From IMG/VR virus record IMGVR_UViG_3300043446_004967, positions 1-64,000 of that record: a stretch of DNA of 64,000 nucleotides; one strand, 5' to 3'. This document shows, in pieces, positions 29,533 to 39,168 of this stretch. Every line of letters starts with the position of its first letter. Positions within the stretch are counted from its first letter, which is position 1. The translations under genes and the position numbers were made by a program. Source of the DNA: a virus. The notes beneath the pieces were generated by a model, which worked only from the letters and a program-made list of their open reading frames with translations, did not search any database and was not told where the DNA came from.

Positions 29533-31308
29533 TTAGCCGCAGGCGGAGCAGTCTTCGGTGTTGTTGATGCGCCTCTCCGGCGCATCCGGGTTTTTTGCCG
29601 CTAATGAGCGGAGGTAGTACAGGCTTTTTACCTGCTTTATATACGCGCTTTTGTGTAAGTTGTGGAGTTCTTGCGGAGAGGTCTCCGGGGGTAAGAATAG
29701 GTTAAGAGACTGCGCTTGGCAAATATACGGCGTGCGGTCCGCCGCAAGGTTTATGATATCGTGCTGGTTAATCTCAAACGCCGTGCGGAAAACGTCTTTA
29801 TCCTCGGGGGTTAGACAAGACAACTCTTGCACGCTGCCTTCCGCTCGGGTGATTTGTGACCACACTTCTTCCTTCAGTTGCTCGTTTAACCCTTCGGACC
29901 CGCCTAGCGCTTCGGAGAGTCGCTTGTCCAAGTAGCGATTTCTAAGCGCGAGCGTTCCGCTTAGGGTTTTCTGTGAGTAGCTGTTCCCATAGTAGGGTTC
30001 AATACCCGGCGAGCACTCCCCGCATATGATAGAAATAGACGCCGTGGGCGCTACCGCTAATGCGTGCGCGAAACGCTCTTGCAGGCCGGCTTCCGCCGCG
30101 TCAGGACAGGCCCCGCGCTCTGCGGCCAGTTTCGCCGACGCCCGTTTGGCATGTCCGTGCAGTTCGGAAAAAATCTTATTATTATACGCGCGAGCGGAAG
30201 CGGAGCCAAAAGGCAGTCGTTGTGATTGGAAGAAAGAATGCAGACCCATGACCCCGAGCCCGATGCTTCTTTCCCGAAACGCCGAGTAGGCGGCGGCGGG
30301 GACTTGAGAGCGCGCGATATAATCCTCCAACACGTTGTCTAGCATTCTGAGACAGTCTTCCGTGATCCGCTCGAAATTTTCCGCGCCCTCGCGCTGCCAC
30401 GTTAAATAGTGCTCTAGGTTCAGCGACCCTAGGCAGCATACTGCCGTGCGGCGCTTGCCTAAATGGTCTTTGCCCGTGTGCAAAGTGATTTCGCTGCACA
30501 GATTAGAGGTCTTAACGTCAAGACCTAATTTCTTATATACGTCCGGGCGCAGCCGATTCACTGTATCCGTGAATAAAATGTAAGGTTCGCCGGTCTTTAG
30601 GCGGAGATTCAGTAGTTTAGCCCAAAGCTCCCGCGCGCCGACCTCCCGGACAACGCTCCCGTCCGCCGGACTGGTAAGCGCCCACGAAGAACCCTGCTCA
30701 ACCGCTCGCATAAAGCCGTCGCATACTGACACGCCATGATGGAGATGTAACGTTTTGCGGTAAGGATCTCCCCCCGTAGGGGTACGTAAAGCTAAAAATT
30801 CCTCTATCTCCGGGTGAGACATCGGCAGGTATACGGCTGCGGAACCCCGACGCAAACTGCCCTGTGAGATTGCCAGCGTCATCGATTCCATCACCTTAAT
30901 AAAAGGGATAATCCCTGAGGTGACTCCGCTGCCCTTTACCTGCTCCCCTATCGAACGGATATTCCCCCAGTAACTCCCCAGACCGCCGCCGCCGGACGCC
31001 AGTAAAATATTCTCATCCCACAAAGCACGTATGCCGTCTAGGCTGTCGTCTGTTTCGTTGATAAAACATGATATAGGATAGCCGCGTCCCGCGCCGCCGT
31101 TGCTGAGTACGGGTGTGGCGGGCATGAACCATCCTCGTGACATATAGCCAAAGAGGCGAAAAGCGTGCGCTTCGTTATCGCCATACGCACGGGCGACGCG
31201 CTCGAACATGCCGGAAGGGGATTCTCCGGGCAGGGTATACCGACCGTCAATAACGCGAAGGCCGGCGGAAGTTAAAAAACTGGGGGGCGAGGTAAAGGAA
31301 GATTGCAC
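29533..31308 (-). CDS. nrdA: Class Ia ribonucleotide reductase alpha subunit (no ATP cone)
   Basis: ATPVLSN, PISCF, SNLCSEI, VCCLGSLN, APTAS, SLYYLRS, C-terminal CSAC; likely GTG start at 31308. Confidence 0.96.
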   Translation of the reverse strand: MQSSFTSPPSFLTSAGLRVIDGRYTLPGESPSGMFERVARAYGDNEAHAFRLFGYMSRGWFMPATPVLSNGGAGRGYPISCFINETDDSLDGIRALWDENILLASGGGGLGSYWGNIRSIGEQVKGSGVTSGIIPFIKVMESMTLAISQGSLRRGSAAVYLPMSHPEIEEFLALRTPTGGDPYRKTLHLHHGVSVCDGFMRAVEQGSSWALTSPADGSVVREVGARELWAKLLNLRLKTGEPYILFTDTVNRLRPDVYKKLGLDVKTSNLCSEITLHTGKDHLGKRRTAVCCLGSLNLEHYLTWQREGAENFERITEDCLRMLDNVLEDYIARSQVPAAAYSAFRERSIGLGVMGLHSFFQSQRLPFGSASARAYNNKIFSELHGHAKRASAKLAAERGACPDAAEAGLQERFAHALAVAPTASISIICGECSPGIEPYYGNSYSQKTLSGTLALRNRYLDKRLSEALGGSEGLNEQLKEEVWSQITRAEGSVQELSCLTPEDKDVFRTAFEINQHDIINLAADRTPYICQAQSLNLFLPPETSPQELHNLHKSAYIKQVKSLYYLRSLAAKNPDAPERRINNTEDCSACG

Positions 31309-31491
31309 GTCGGCCTCTAAGTGTTTTATGTAAAAAAATTTTATGTGATACAACCACGGATTAACCGTGTTTTGCCTGTCAATTATAGCGTGAACGCGCG
31401 ACTAAAGCATGTATAATTGTACGCCGCGGGCGCAACGACGGAGAAAAAAAACGCTCTTGCCGCCGCGACGAACTTTTAAAAAAGTATATCT

Positions 31492-32664
31492 ATGGAAATA
31501 AAAGAAGTCGAAAATATTTACTGCATCGAAGGCACGTTCACTTCGGGCGACCGTGCCAACCTAACGATAGACGGGGTCGCGGACCTCCCCAAAGTTTTCC
31601 GGAAAGGACGCAGGTTGACCCCCCTTGACCCGCGTCGAATCTTTTTTACCCGCACGGCGGCGGAGGCCAAGAAGATCTTCAAGGAAGTGCTATCCGGGTT
31701 TTACGTGGACGGAGACGCCCGCAGCGGCGTGTTGCGCCTGATCGAGACTCCCGCACTGGGCTACTTACAAGAGCTTACTTTGCTGGCCCACTGTAACGGA
31801 AAGTACGAAAAAAAGGTGCTACGGGTAAGCCGTCGTAACCTTCTTTCGATACGAAGACACATACTCTCCGTGCACGGAGAGCAAAGAACCGCGTTAGCCG
31901 CCGCTATTGACGCGCGCTTCCACGGACTGATGTGGACGGAGGCACCGCATTACGACGAGCGGCCGCGTACATGCACTCCCCCGATCGCCACCCAAGGAGA
32001 CCTTCTGAAGGCGCTGCCGAAAGTTATCGCAGCACAAGAGAGGGCTATACGGAGGATTATAGAAAGCCACGCCGCCCTTCAGTGTTCCTCGTTTAGCTGG
32101 CCGGACGCGCTCCGCCGCCAAGGGTTTACGCAAGACAAGCTTACCGCTCCTCTCGAATATGGCGCGGTCCCTACTCTAGGCCCCTTGGCGCACTTGGCAA
32201 AGCGCGTTAAGGGTAACAGGGCCTTACAAGAGGTTCTACAGAACGGGATCGTCTCCGAGGAGGACGAGGCCCAGCTATTTCTGCTGTATAAGGAGGGGGA
32301 AGACGGGCGGCAACGCTCCCTAGACGCGGAACTCGCTATGACTCTACACCATCTGTCAGCAATAGTCCGGCAGGAGCTCTCCCCGCATAGTCAGGTCCGG
32401 TTGCTGGCGCTGAAAAAGCTCTTGAGCTCGGACAACTCCGAGCTTTGTCAATTGAAAAGAGGGATCGTTGGTATCCGTAACGACTGGTTGCGGCGGATAA
32501 GCGCAGGCGTGTTGCGGAAAGCGGAGGCCATCAGCCTTTACGCCGGAATACCCGACGGCATCTGCTGGGGCAGTGGTCCCGTCGCCCAGCTTTACGACAC
32601 GAGCCTCCCTTACGTGGATTTCACAGGGTTCACCCTGCCGGGGGATGAACATGAGGGGGACTAA
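31492..32664 (+). CDS. Hypothetical protein
   Basis: 390-aa ORF, first gene of the divergent plus-strand block; TATAAT upstream. Confidence 0.7.
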   Translation: MEIKEVENIYCIEGTFTSGDRANLTIDGVADLPKVFRKGRRLTPLDPRRIFFTRTAAEAKKIFKEVLSGFYVDGDARSGVLRLIETPALGYLQELTLLAHCNGKYEKKVLRVSRRNLLSIRRHILSVHGEQRTALAAAIDARFHGLMWTEAPHYDERPRTCTPPIATQGDLLKALPKVIAAQERAIRRIIESHAALQCSSFSWPDALRRQGFTQDKLTAPLEYGAVPTLGPLAHLAKRVKGNRALQEVLQNGIVSEEDEAQLFLLYKEGEDGRQRSLDAELAMTLHHLSAIVRQELSPHSQVRLLALKKLLSSDNSELCQLKRGIVGIRNDWLRRISAGVLRKAEAISLYAGIPDGICWGSGPVAQLYDTSLPYVDFTGFTLPGDEHEGD

Positions 32665-33091
32665 CTGTCTTGCGCGCATAGAATTTTTGGTAACAACAGG
32701 AAAGATTACCGTTCTTGTGCGCGTGTCCAACGAAACTATCAGGCGACGGGCAACTGCCGCGCGTGCCGCTTTTAACGCGCGTAGGCCCCCTAGAGAATAC
32801 ACGTCTTGGCGCGCGGCACAGTGGGGCGCACAATGGGATAAAGCGTTGCTCAGGGAATACCCGTTGACAAGGTTCATCCGGCGAACGTACCCTAACGATA
32901 CGCTTCATTGGGCAGCGTCTAATGATCCTACTCGCGGCCGGCGGGCCTCCTCCTATTTTTACACAAAAGAAGAATTTATTTGGTGGCGTCATTATGAAAC
33001 TTCTGTGTTACAGCTCGGGGAACCCCGGACCGCTTCAGGTAACGGAACGCCTACGGGAAAATCTTCCGTCGCTGGCGGAACTGGCCGATAA
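32645..33091 (+). CDS. Hypothetical protein
   Basis: Overlaps both neighbours; start uncertain. Confidence 0.4.
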   Translation: MNMRGTNCLARIEFLVTTGKITVLVRVSNETIRRRATAARAAFNARRPPREYTSWRAAQWGAQWDKALLREYPLTRFIRRTYPNDTLHWAASNDPTRGRRASSYFYTKEEFIWWRHYETSVLQLGEPRTASGNGTPTGKSSVAGGTGR

Positions 33092-33941
33092 GGAAAGTCC
33101 GTATAAAAGCGCCGCACGAGCGGCGTTAAGGGAGGTGATCCCTATCGCCGCCGCCCACAACCACGCGGAAACGCTGTATAACCAGTGGATCGACACGCGG
33201 GAATACGGTCCCGACGACGTGCGACGCGGCGTCGTCCGCGCTATTCGGGAAACAGCCCTCCCGTTAAGCCGTATCTATAGAAAGAAAGCGCGCGCAAAAT
33301 CGCTGGCGGTTCTCCGGAAGTTTACCTTTCTGGAGGACAGGGACGAGTGCGCGGAGGCTGCGGAGGAATTGGGCTACCGCCTTAACAGCTGGCGGGGAGA
33401 TGTAAGCGCCTACGGGGATCTTTTGATAGAAGCTTGGTTTTTATCCCGCCTGTTCGCGCCGGACCTTCGTTCTTACGAACGGGCGACGCTGGAGATGATC
33501 GCGCCCAGATTACCGAATTTTCAGGTACGAGAAGACCTTCGACGGCGTTATGCCAACGCGGATCCCGGCCCAGTCCCTTACGTCGTGTACGACGCGTTGT
33601 TTTCGCAGGCGAGGCTAAAGCTGCCGGAGCTGAAAGACAATGAAGAACTAGCACAATACCTCCTTTATTTGGCTGGGCTCGCCGGGAGCCGCCTGCGGAG
33701 GTGGGATCCTCTTAGGGCGGACGGAAAAGAGGAGTCCGGCGCGGAGGATAATCAAGCCTACAGCTTAAGGGCTACGGTCTGGCTGGAGCTTAACTGCGGA
33801 GTGCGGTATGCTGTACGTCGGCACGCGACAGCGATGGACAAGTTGTACGCACTTCTCAAACTCTGGTGGATGGCAATAGCTCTACGCCGAAGCGCCGCAG
33901 CCGGCGAATACCCCCCCCTCCTCTCTCCGGACTTCCCGTAG
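32994..33941 (+). CDS. Hypothetical protein
   Basis: Long helical ORF. Confidence 0.65.
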   Translation: MKLLCYSSGNPGPLQVTERLRENLPSLAELADKESPYKSAARAALREVIPIAAAHNHAETLYNQWIDTREYGPDDVRRGVVRAIRETALPLSRIYRKKARAKSLAVLRKFTFLEDRDECAEAAEELGYRLNSWRGDVSAYGDLLIEAWFLSRLFAPDLRSYERATLEMIAPRLPNFQVREDLRRRYANADPGPVPYVVYDALFSQARLKLPELKDNEELAQYLLYLAGLAGSRLRRWDPLRADGKEESGAEDNQAYSLRATVWLELNCGVRYAVRRHATAMDKLYALLKLWWMAIALRRSAAAGEYPPLLSPDFP

Positions 33942-34003
33942 GGTAGGACAACCAACCTCAACCGACCGACAAAATTAACAGAACTAGCAACGGAGGCCCC
34001 CTA

Positions 34004-34447
34004 ATGTCCATAGATCATGAAGCCGCCGTGAACACCATGCTTCAAGACGCCCGAGAATTGTTTAAAGACGAGAGATATGACGAAACCCTCGCCGTTTTGG
34101 CCGCGGCTCTTGTGTATGCGGAGAAGCGTCTGCCTACACCAGACACAGTAAGCGCCTACCGGACCCTTATTTACCGCTACTTGGCGGAGGCCGCCTACGC
34201 GCTAGGTAGGGTTAAAGACGCCGTAATCCTGTATAAGATGGCGTTAAACGGGATCGCTAGGTACACCCCCCAACTACGGACTTTTATTGTCACCACGCTT
34301 AGGATGCTCTTAAGTAGTTCCACGGCAGCGGAAGATTGGGATACCGCGGAGGAAGCGCTTGCGAAGCTCCGTCACTTACCGCCGGAGGTTGCCTGCGAGG
34401 GGGCTGACGTGAGCGAGGTAACCCTTCCGGGATCCCGGCTACATTAA
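34004..34447 (+). CDS. TPR-like protein
   Basis: YRYLAEAAYALGRVKDAVILYKMAL; GGAGG RBS. Confidence 0.65.
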   Translation: MSIDHEAAVNTMLQDARELFKDERYDETLAVLAAALVYAEKRLPTPDTVSAYRTLIYRYLAEAAYALGRVKDAVILYKMALNGIARYTPQLRTFIVTTLRMLLSSSTAAEDWDTAEEALAKLRHLPPEVACEGADVSEVTLPGSRLH

Positions 34448-34544
34448 TGCGGCGGAAGCGAAAACTCCCTTGCTCCCGCCTCGTTTTCTGTGTTACCCTG
34501 TGGTTTGAACTCAGTTCAGGGGTAGTCGCATGACTGCCGGAGGA

Positions 34545-34579
34545 AAGGCCGTCCAATGTGGGCGGCCTTTTTTCTTTTC
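34545..34579 (+). terminator. Rho-independent terminator
   Basis: AAAGGCCGTCC/GGGCGGCCTTT stem plus T-tract. Confidence 0.75.
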
Positions 34580-34675
34580 CTTGTTGCTTGACGCACGACA
34601 AGCCTTAGTGTACGGTTAGAGGAGCCGCAGTCTAGGCGGCGTGGAAAAAACAAAAAATCAAGGAATAGAAAGAAA

Positions 34676-35020
34676 ATGTCTAATACGCTCTTTTCAGCGG
34701 ATATTAATTACGACCCGTCTCGGGAAGCGGCGGAGATGGCGCTCCACATGGCGCACCTCGCTTATTTCTCTGACCGTCTTACGGAGGCAAGTCAGCATTT
34801 GATGACGGCGCTGGTCTACAGACTTATGCTATACGGAGGGGCCGCGCAGAAGACGAAAGAGGTTGTCGCGGTTCTCGAAAAATGGTACGAGGAGTACGCG
34901 ACCCCGGGTTCCCAAGTAGCAGAAATGCTGGAGAATGTAAGAAATTATGTAAACAGCGTGCCCGAAAAACCCAAAAAGTTCTATCGCCCCGGCGAGGAGC
35001 AATTATGCAGCGGCTCATAG
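34676..35020 (+). CDS. Hypothetical helical protein
   Basis: ORF with AAGGA RBS. Confidence 0.6.
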   Translation: MSNTLFSADINYDPSREAAEMALHMAHLAYFSDRLTEASQHLMTALVYRLMLYGGAAQKTKEVVAVLEKWYEEYATPGSQVAEMLENVRNYVNSVPEKPKKFYRPGEEQLCSGS

Positions 35021-35211
35021 GCTCTTGGGCTGACTCCTGCCGTGCAATAACGGTGGGGGACATGTTAATTCTTCTGGGCGTACTCGTGGCTACACTGGCA
35101 GCCTTACGCTACGGGATGCGCTGGAGCAAAAATGAGGTTTTCCGTGAGGCGTTACCCTCAATTCTTTTTGTATGGCTCTGCATTGGAGCGTCGTGTGTAG
35201 TGGTGTTCTAG
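35005..35211 (+). CDS. Small two-TM membrane protein
   Basis: Two hydrophobic segments. Confidence 0.55.
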   Translation: MQRLIGSWADSCRAITVGDMLILLGVLVATLAALRYGMRWSKNEVFREALPSILFVWLCIGASCVVVF

Positions 35212-35241
35212 TGCAATTGGAAAACATAAGGAGGGAGAAGC

Positions 35242-35685
35242 ATGTTGTTTATTTTTGATCTCGACGGAACATTGGCGGACATACGGCACCGGCGGCATTA
35301 CGTCGAAAGTCCCCCGAAAAGGTGGGCGCAATTCTTTGCAGAATGTACGGAAGACACCCCTAAAAAAGACGTGATCGCCGTGTTGGAGTCGTTGAGACGC
35401 GCGGGAGCTGAAATCCGTATATGGTCCGCGCGCCCCGAAAGCACTGCGGAGGCCACGAAAGCGTGGCTGGCCCGACATATTAAAGGGGGCGACGAACTTC
35501 CTTTACGTCTCCGACAGAAAGGGGACTTCCGCCCTGACGCGGAGATCAAGCAAGAGTGGCTTAGGGAACTTACGCCGGAGGAGCGTGAAAGGCTGCGAGG
35601 GATCTTTGATGACAGAGACATTGTTGTTCAGATGTGGCGCTCGAACGGCGTCACCTGCTTTCAAGTAGATAACTACGAGAACTAG
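35242..35685 (+). CDS. HAD phosphatase (like the 3'-phosphatase domain of T4 PNK/PseT)
   Basis: FDLDGTLAD, SARPE, R.D..IK, FDDR..VV.MWR..G..CFQV. Confidence 0.9.
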   Translation: MLFIFDLDGTLADIRHRRHYVESPPKRWAQFFAECTEDTPKKDVIAVLESLRRAGAEIRIWSARPESTAEATKAWLARHIKGGDELPLRLRQKGDFRPDAEIKQEWLRELTPEERERLRGIFDDRDIVVQMWRSNGVTCFQVDNYEN

Positions 35686-35698
35686 ATAAGGAGGCCCC

Positions 35699-36511
35699 AT
35701 GCCGGTATATTTAAACGGCACGTTAATTGAAAAGCGGTATTATCCGTGCGGGGAGATCTCAGTGAGACTGGACGACCCCGCCCTTGCCTCACAGGGGAAT
35801 ACCCTGCGGGTCGACTATAAGGACTCTGATGACATCATTCAGATGCTGCTAGTCGCGGACGCAGTACGTAGAGTAGCCCCCGACAGGGCACTCTCTCTTG
35901 TCCTTCCGTACATCCCTTACGGCAGGCAGGATAGAGTCTGCCACCCTGGGGAACCTTTTTCGCTTAAAGTTTTGGCGGATATTATTAACGTCCAGAACTT
36001 TACCGCAGTGTACACGGTAGAACCGCATTCTGTGGCGTCGGCTAACTACATTCACCGCCTTTGCTCAGTAAGCGCGGCGACGTTAATCACCTACGAGGAT
36101 GGGAAAGGCGTGCGCGACCTGATACGGGAGGAAACCCCCGTGCTGCTCTCTCCCGATAAAGGCGGGAGGCAGCGGGTACTTGAGGTGGCGACCGCACTGG
36201 CCCAACACAATATCGTCTGTGCCGCCGCATACGCCGACAAGCGTAGGGAGGACGGGCAGGTAACGTTTACCCACGTGCCGGAAATTTGCGCCGGGAGAAA
36301 TATCTTGGTCATAGACGACATTTGCGACGGCGGGGCAACGTTCCTAAAGTTGGCGGACGCCTTACAAGAGCGCGGAGCGAGGGATCTTTACTTGTATGTG
36401 ACTCACGGATTTTTTACAAAAGGAACCGAGGAGTTACTTAAAAAATACAAAAAGATCTTTTATTACAAAGACTACCAACACATTGCCATATTGGAGCAAA
36501 AAAATGCGTAA
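35699..36511 (+). CDS. prs: PRPP synthetase homolog (likely NARP1 ADPR-PP synthetase)
   Basis: PYIPYGRQDR, EPHS, SPDKGG, K.R, VIDDICDGGATF, YVTHG. Confidence 0.9.
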   Translation: MPVYLNGTLIEKRYYPCGEISVRLDDPALASQGNTLRVDYKDSDDIIQMLLVADAVRRVAPDRALSLVLPYIPYGRQDRVCHPGEPFSLKVLADIINVQNFTAVYTVEPHSVASANYIHRLCSVSAATLITYEDGKGVRDLIREETPVLLSPDKGGRQRVLEVATALAQHNIVCAAAYADKRREDGQVTFTHVPEICAGRNILVIDDICDGGATFLKLADALQERGARDLYLYVTHGFFTKGTEELLKKYKKIFYYKDYQHIAILEQKNA

Positions 36512-38039
36512 CCCTATGTTTATTACCGACTTTTATAAGATCTCCCACCGAAACATGTACCCGCAAGGTACAGAGGAAGTGTACTCGAACTTGACCCCAA
36601 GGAGCGGTAAGCTCGCTAAGGGCGTTGCAGGCGGTCTGCCGTTCACCGACGGAGTATTTGTCTTCGGGACAGAAAACTTTATACGGGACTACCTTTTAGG
36701 AGAATGGGAGACGGGTTTTTTCCGGCGGCCTTTAGAGGAGGTTTTGGAGGAGTACGTCAGTCTGCTATCTGACACACTCAACGGACCTGTGGAGAGTTCG
36801 CACGTTGCGGAATTGCACGGCCTCGGCTATCTGCCGTTAGAAATTAAAGCGCTCCCCGAGGGCGCGTTCGTGCCGGTACAAGTTCCGATGGTGACGGTAC
36901 GCAACACGTTGCCAAAATTCTACTGGCTGACGAACTACATAGAAACGGCCATGTCCGTTTACTTGTGGAAACCTTCCACAATTGCCACCATCGCCGCAAA
37001 TTACCGCGCGGTTTTGCTCATGTACGGGGAACGCACGACCGCCGACACAAGCTACGTGGACTACCAAGCCCACGATTTTTCATTTCGGGGACTGACGTCT
37101 CTGCGCGACGCGGAGCTGACCGGCGCGGGGCACCTCACAGCGTTTAAGGGGTCTGACTGCGTACCCGCGTTCCAGTTCCTGCACCGGCTCTATGCCGCCC
37201 CCTACGGTGAACTGGGGGGTTCAGTTCCCGCCAGTGAGCACTCCGTTATGTGCGCGGGGGAAGAAGAAGGAGAGTTTGAAACCATCCGCCGGTTGGTTAC
37301 GGAAGTGCATCCGACAGGGACCGTCTCCATTGTCGCGGATACGTGGAATCTGTGGCGTGTGCTTACGGACTATTTGCCGCGTCTGAAAGACGTAATCTTA
37401 GCCAGAGAAGGTAAAGTAGTCATTCGTCCCGACAGCGGAGATCCTGTAAAAATCGTAACGGGAGACCCCGAGGCCGGAGGTGACGGGCCTTACGCGGACG
37501 CGGAGCGTAAAGGAGTGGTACGCGCTCTGTACGATATCTTCGGGGGAACCGTAAACCCGAAAGGCTACAAAGAGCTGGACCCGCATATCGGGGCCATTTA
37601 TGGCGATTCCATCACCGTTTCCCGGGCGCAGGAGATACTGAGCCGTTTAGAAAAAAACGGCTTTGCCGCAAACAATATATATTTTGGGGTCGGGTCGTAC
37701 TCTTACGGGCACATGACCCGAGACACGTTCGGTTTTGCGGTAAAAGCGACCTCCGTTACGATCAACGGAGAGCGGCGTGCCATCCAGAAAGATCCTGTCA
37801 CGGGGGACCGCGAAAAAAAATCCGCTCGGGGTTATCTTGTCGTGGCGTATGACACTCTCGCAGGAAGGTACGTGTTGAGTGACGGCAGACCGTCCCCGGA
37901 AGGCGGGTTTCTGGAGACCATTTTCCTCAACGGGAAGCGCGTCGGGCCCGAGGCCACGTCATCTACGTTCGCCACGATCAGAGCGCGGGTACAGGGTAAG
38001 GCGGCGGAATGGGCAACCCGGTATACGCAGGGGATGTAA
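36504..38039 (+). CDS. nadV: Nicotinamide phosphoribosyltransferase homolog (likely NARP1 nicotinamide ADPR-transferase)
   Basis: TDFYKISH..MYP, HDFSFRG, PASEHSVM, SIVADTW, IRPDSGDP, IYGDSI, TRDTFGFAVKAT, KKSARG. Confidence 0.93.
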   Translation: MRNPMFITDFYKISHRNMYPQGTEEVYSNLTPRSGKLAKGVAGGLPFTDGVFVFGTENFIRDYLLGEWETGFFRRPLEEVLEEYVSLLSDTLNGPVESSHVAELHGLGYLPLEIKALPEGAFVPVQVPMVTVRNTLPKFYWLTNYIETAMSVYLWKPSTIATIAANYRAVLLMYGERTTADTSYVDYQAHDFSFRGLTSLRDAELTGAGHLTAFKGSDCVPAFQFLHRLYAAPYGELGGSVPASEHSVMCAGEEEGEFETIRRLVTEVHPTGTVSIVADTWNLWRVLTDYLPRLKDVILAREGKVVIRPDSGDPVKIVTGDPEAGGDGPYADAERKGVVRALYDIFGGTVNPKGYKELDPHIGAIYGDSITVSRAQEILSRLEKNGFAANNIYFGVGSYSYGHMTRDTFGFAVKATSVTINGERRAIQKDPVTGDREKKSARGYLVVAYDTLAGRYVLSDGRPSPEGGFLETIFLNGKRVGPEATSSTFATIRARVQGKAAEWATRYTQGM

Positions 38040-38040
38040 A

Positions 38041-38523
38041 ATGGAATACCTGTATCAAGATATTACTCAAGTTAAGGGACCGTGCGCTATCGCGCACGGC
38101 GTTAACTGCTTAGGGAATATGAACTCCGGCGTAGCACGCGCTCTTTTTGAGCGATGGCCGGAAGTCAAAACGGAATATTTAAAAGTTCACCGGGAAGAAG
38201 GCTGGACGTTGGGGAAAGTACGCCCCGTTAACGTCGGGGACGGGATAACCGTACTCAACTGCGCGACGCAGTTACGCCATAGGCAAGCGGGAGACCCGCC
38301 AAATTACGTGTACGCCGATTGGCGGGCAATCCGTAGCTGTTTAACGGAGGCCGCAAGTTTTTGCAAAAACCAAAGCATTGACACGCTGTATGCCCCGAAG
38401 ATAGGGTGCGGTCTTGGCGGACTCGACTGGCGCAACGTCGAACCCGTTTTTAACCAAGTAGCCGGACGGGCAAAATTGCGTATGGTCGTTTGCCTTACAG
38501 ACACAGGAAGCTCCTCTCGCTAA
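38041..38523 (+). CDS. Macrodomain protein (Poa1p/DarG-like class)
   Basis: DIT, IAHGVNCLGNMNSGVA, PKIGCGLGGLDW; ATG 1 nt after the nadV stop. Confidence 0.9.
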   Translation: MEYLYQDITQVKGPCAIAHGVNCLGNMNSGVARALFERWPEVKTEYLKVHREEGWTLGKVRPVNVGDGITVLNCATQLRHRQAGDPPNYVYADWRAIRSCLTEAASFCKNQSIDTLYAPKIGCGLGGLDWRNVEPVFNQVAGRAKLRMVVCLTDTGSSSR

Positions 38524-38758
38524 TCTGGCCGCATGGAGGAAAGGGAATGCCCGACGAGATAATCGTAAGCCTGCATTACAAAGATATGGGGGAAAGAGCT
38601 TTTCGGTCTTTTGGACCATAGAGGAAGCCGGCGAACCGAAAGCCGGCGAACCGAAAGCCGCGTGGCCCGGAGACAATAGTGTGGAAATCGCGCTTGACGA
38701 GCGTCACATAAACCGGCTTAGTCAAAAAGCAGATAACCCCGAACAATAGGAAGAAAAA

Positions 38759-39136
38759 ATGTCCGAATCTGCGAATAACGACGCGCTTGTAGTAGCCCTG
38801 AAGGGGTCGCGTACCATGGGTTTTACGCAGGCGTTTGAGTCCGTGACTATCGAAATGCACGAGGAAGGCGCCTTTCGTGTCTGCCTGCCCGTATTTCTGC
38901 TCGCGGATCCCGTCGTTTACGGAAATTTAGAACTTCTTGTGGAGCAGGATTCGGCGCTCTCCGCCGAACTAAGCGAGGCTTTCATAGCAAGAGACGCGAA
39001 TAGGCTTACCGAAGCCCTTCGCCAATGTGCGCTGAGCGGGCCTATGAGAACCTTTCTAGCTTCGGCTATGCAGATCACGAAAAACCACGCTGACCCTTGG
39101 AAAGACACGCGCACTCTTACCCTACAGCCGGTGTAA
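38759..39136 (+). CDS. Hypothetical protein
   Basis: ORF with AGGA RBS. Confidence 0.6.
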   Translation: MSESANNDALVVALKGSRTMGFTQAFESVTIEMHEEGAFRVCLPVFLLADPVVYGNLELLVEQDSALSAELSEAFIARDANRLTEALRQCALSGPMRTFLASAMQITKNHADPWKDTRTLTLQPV

Positions 39137-39168
39137 GATAAGAGTACCCTATCAGTCTAGGAAACCCC

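Noticed and set aside
16478-31308. Introns, inteins or stop-codon reassignment in terL, thyX, nrdA, nrdB
   Set aside because: All are continuous and of normal length in the standard code, and TAG, TGA and TAA all end genes.
38547-38750. 15-bp tandem repeat (GCCGGCGAACCGAAA) in a short broken ORF
   Set aside because: Only about two copies and no recognisable product; at most a small gene remnant.
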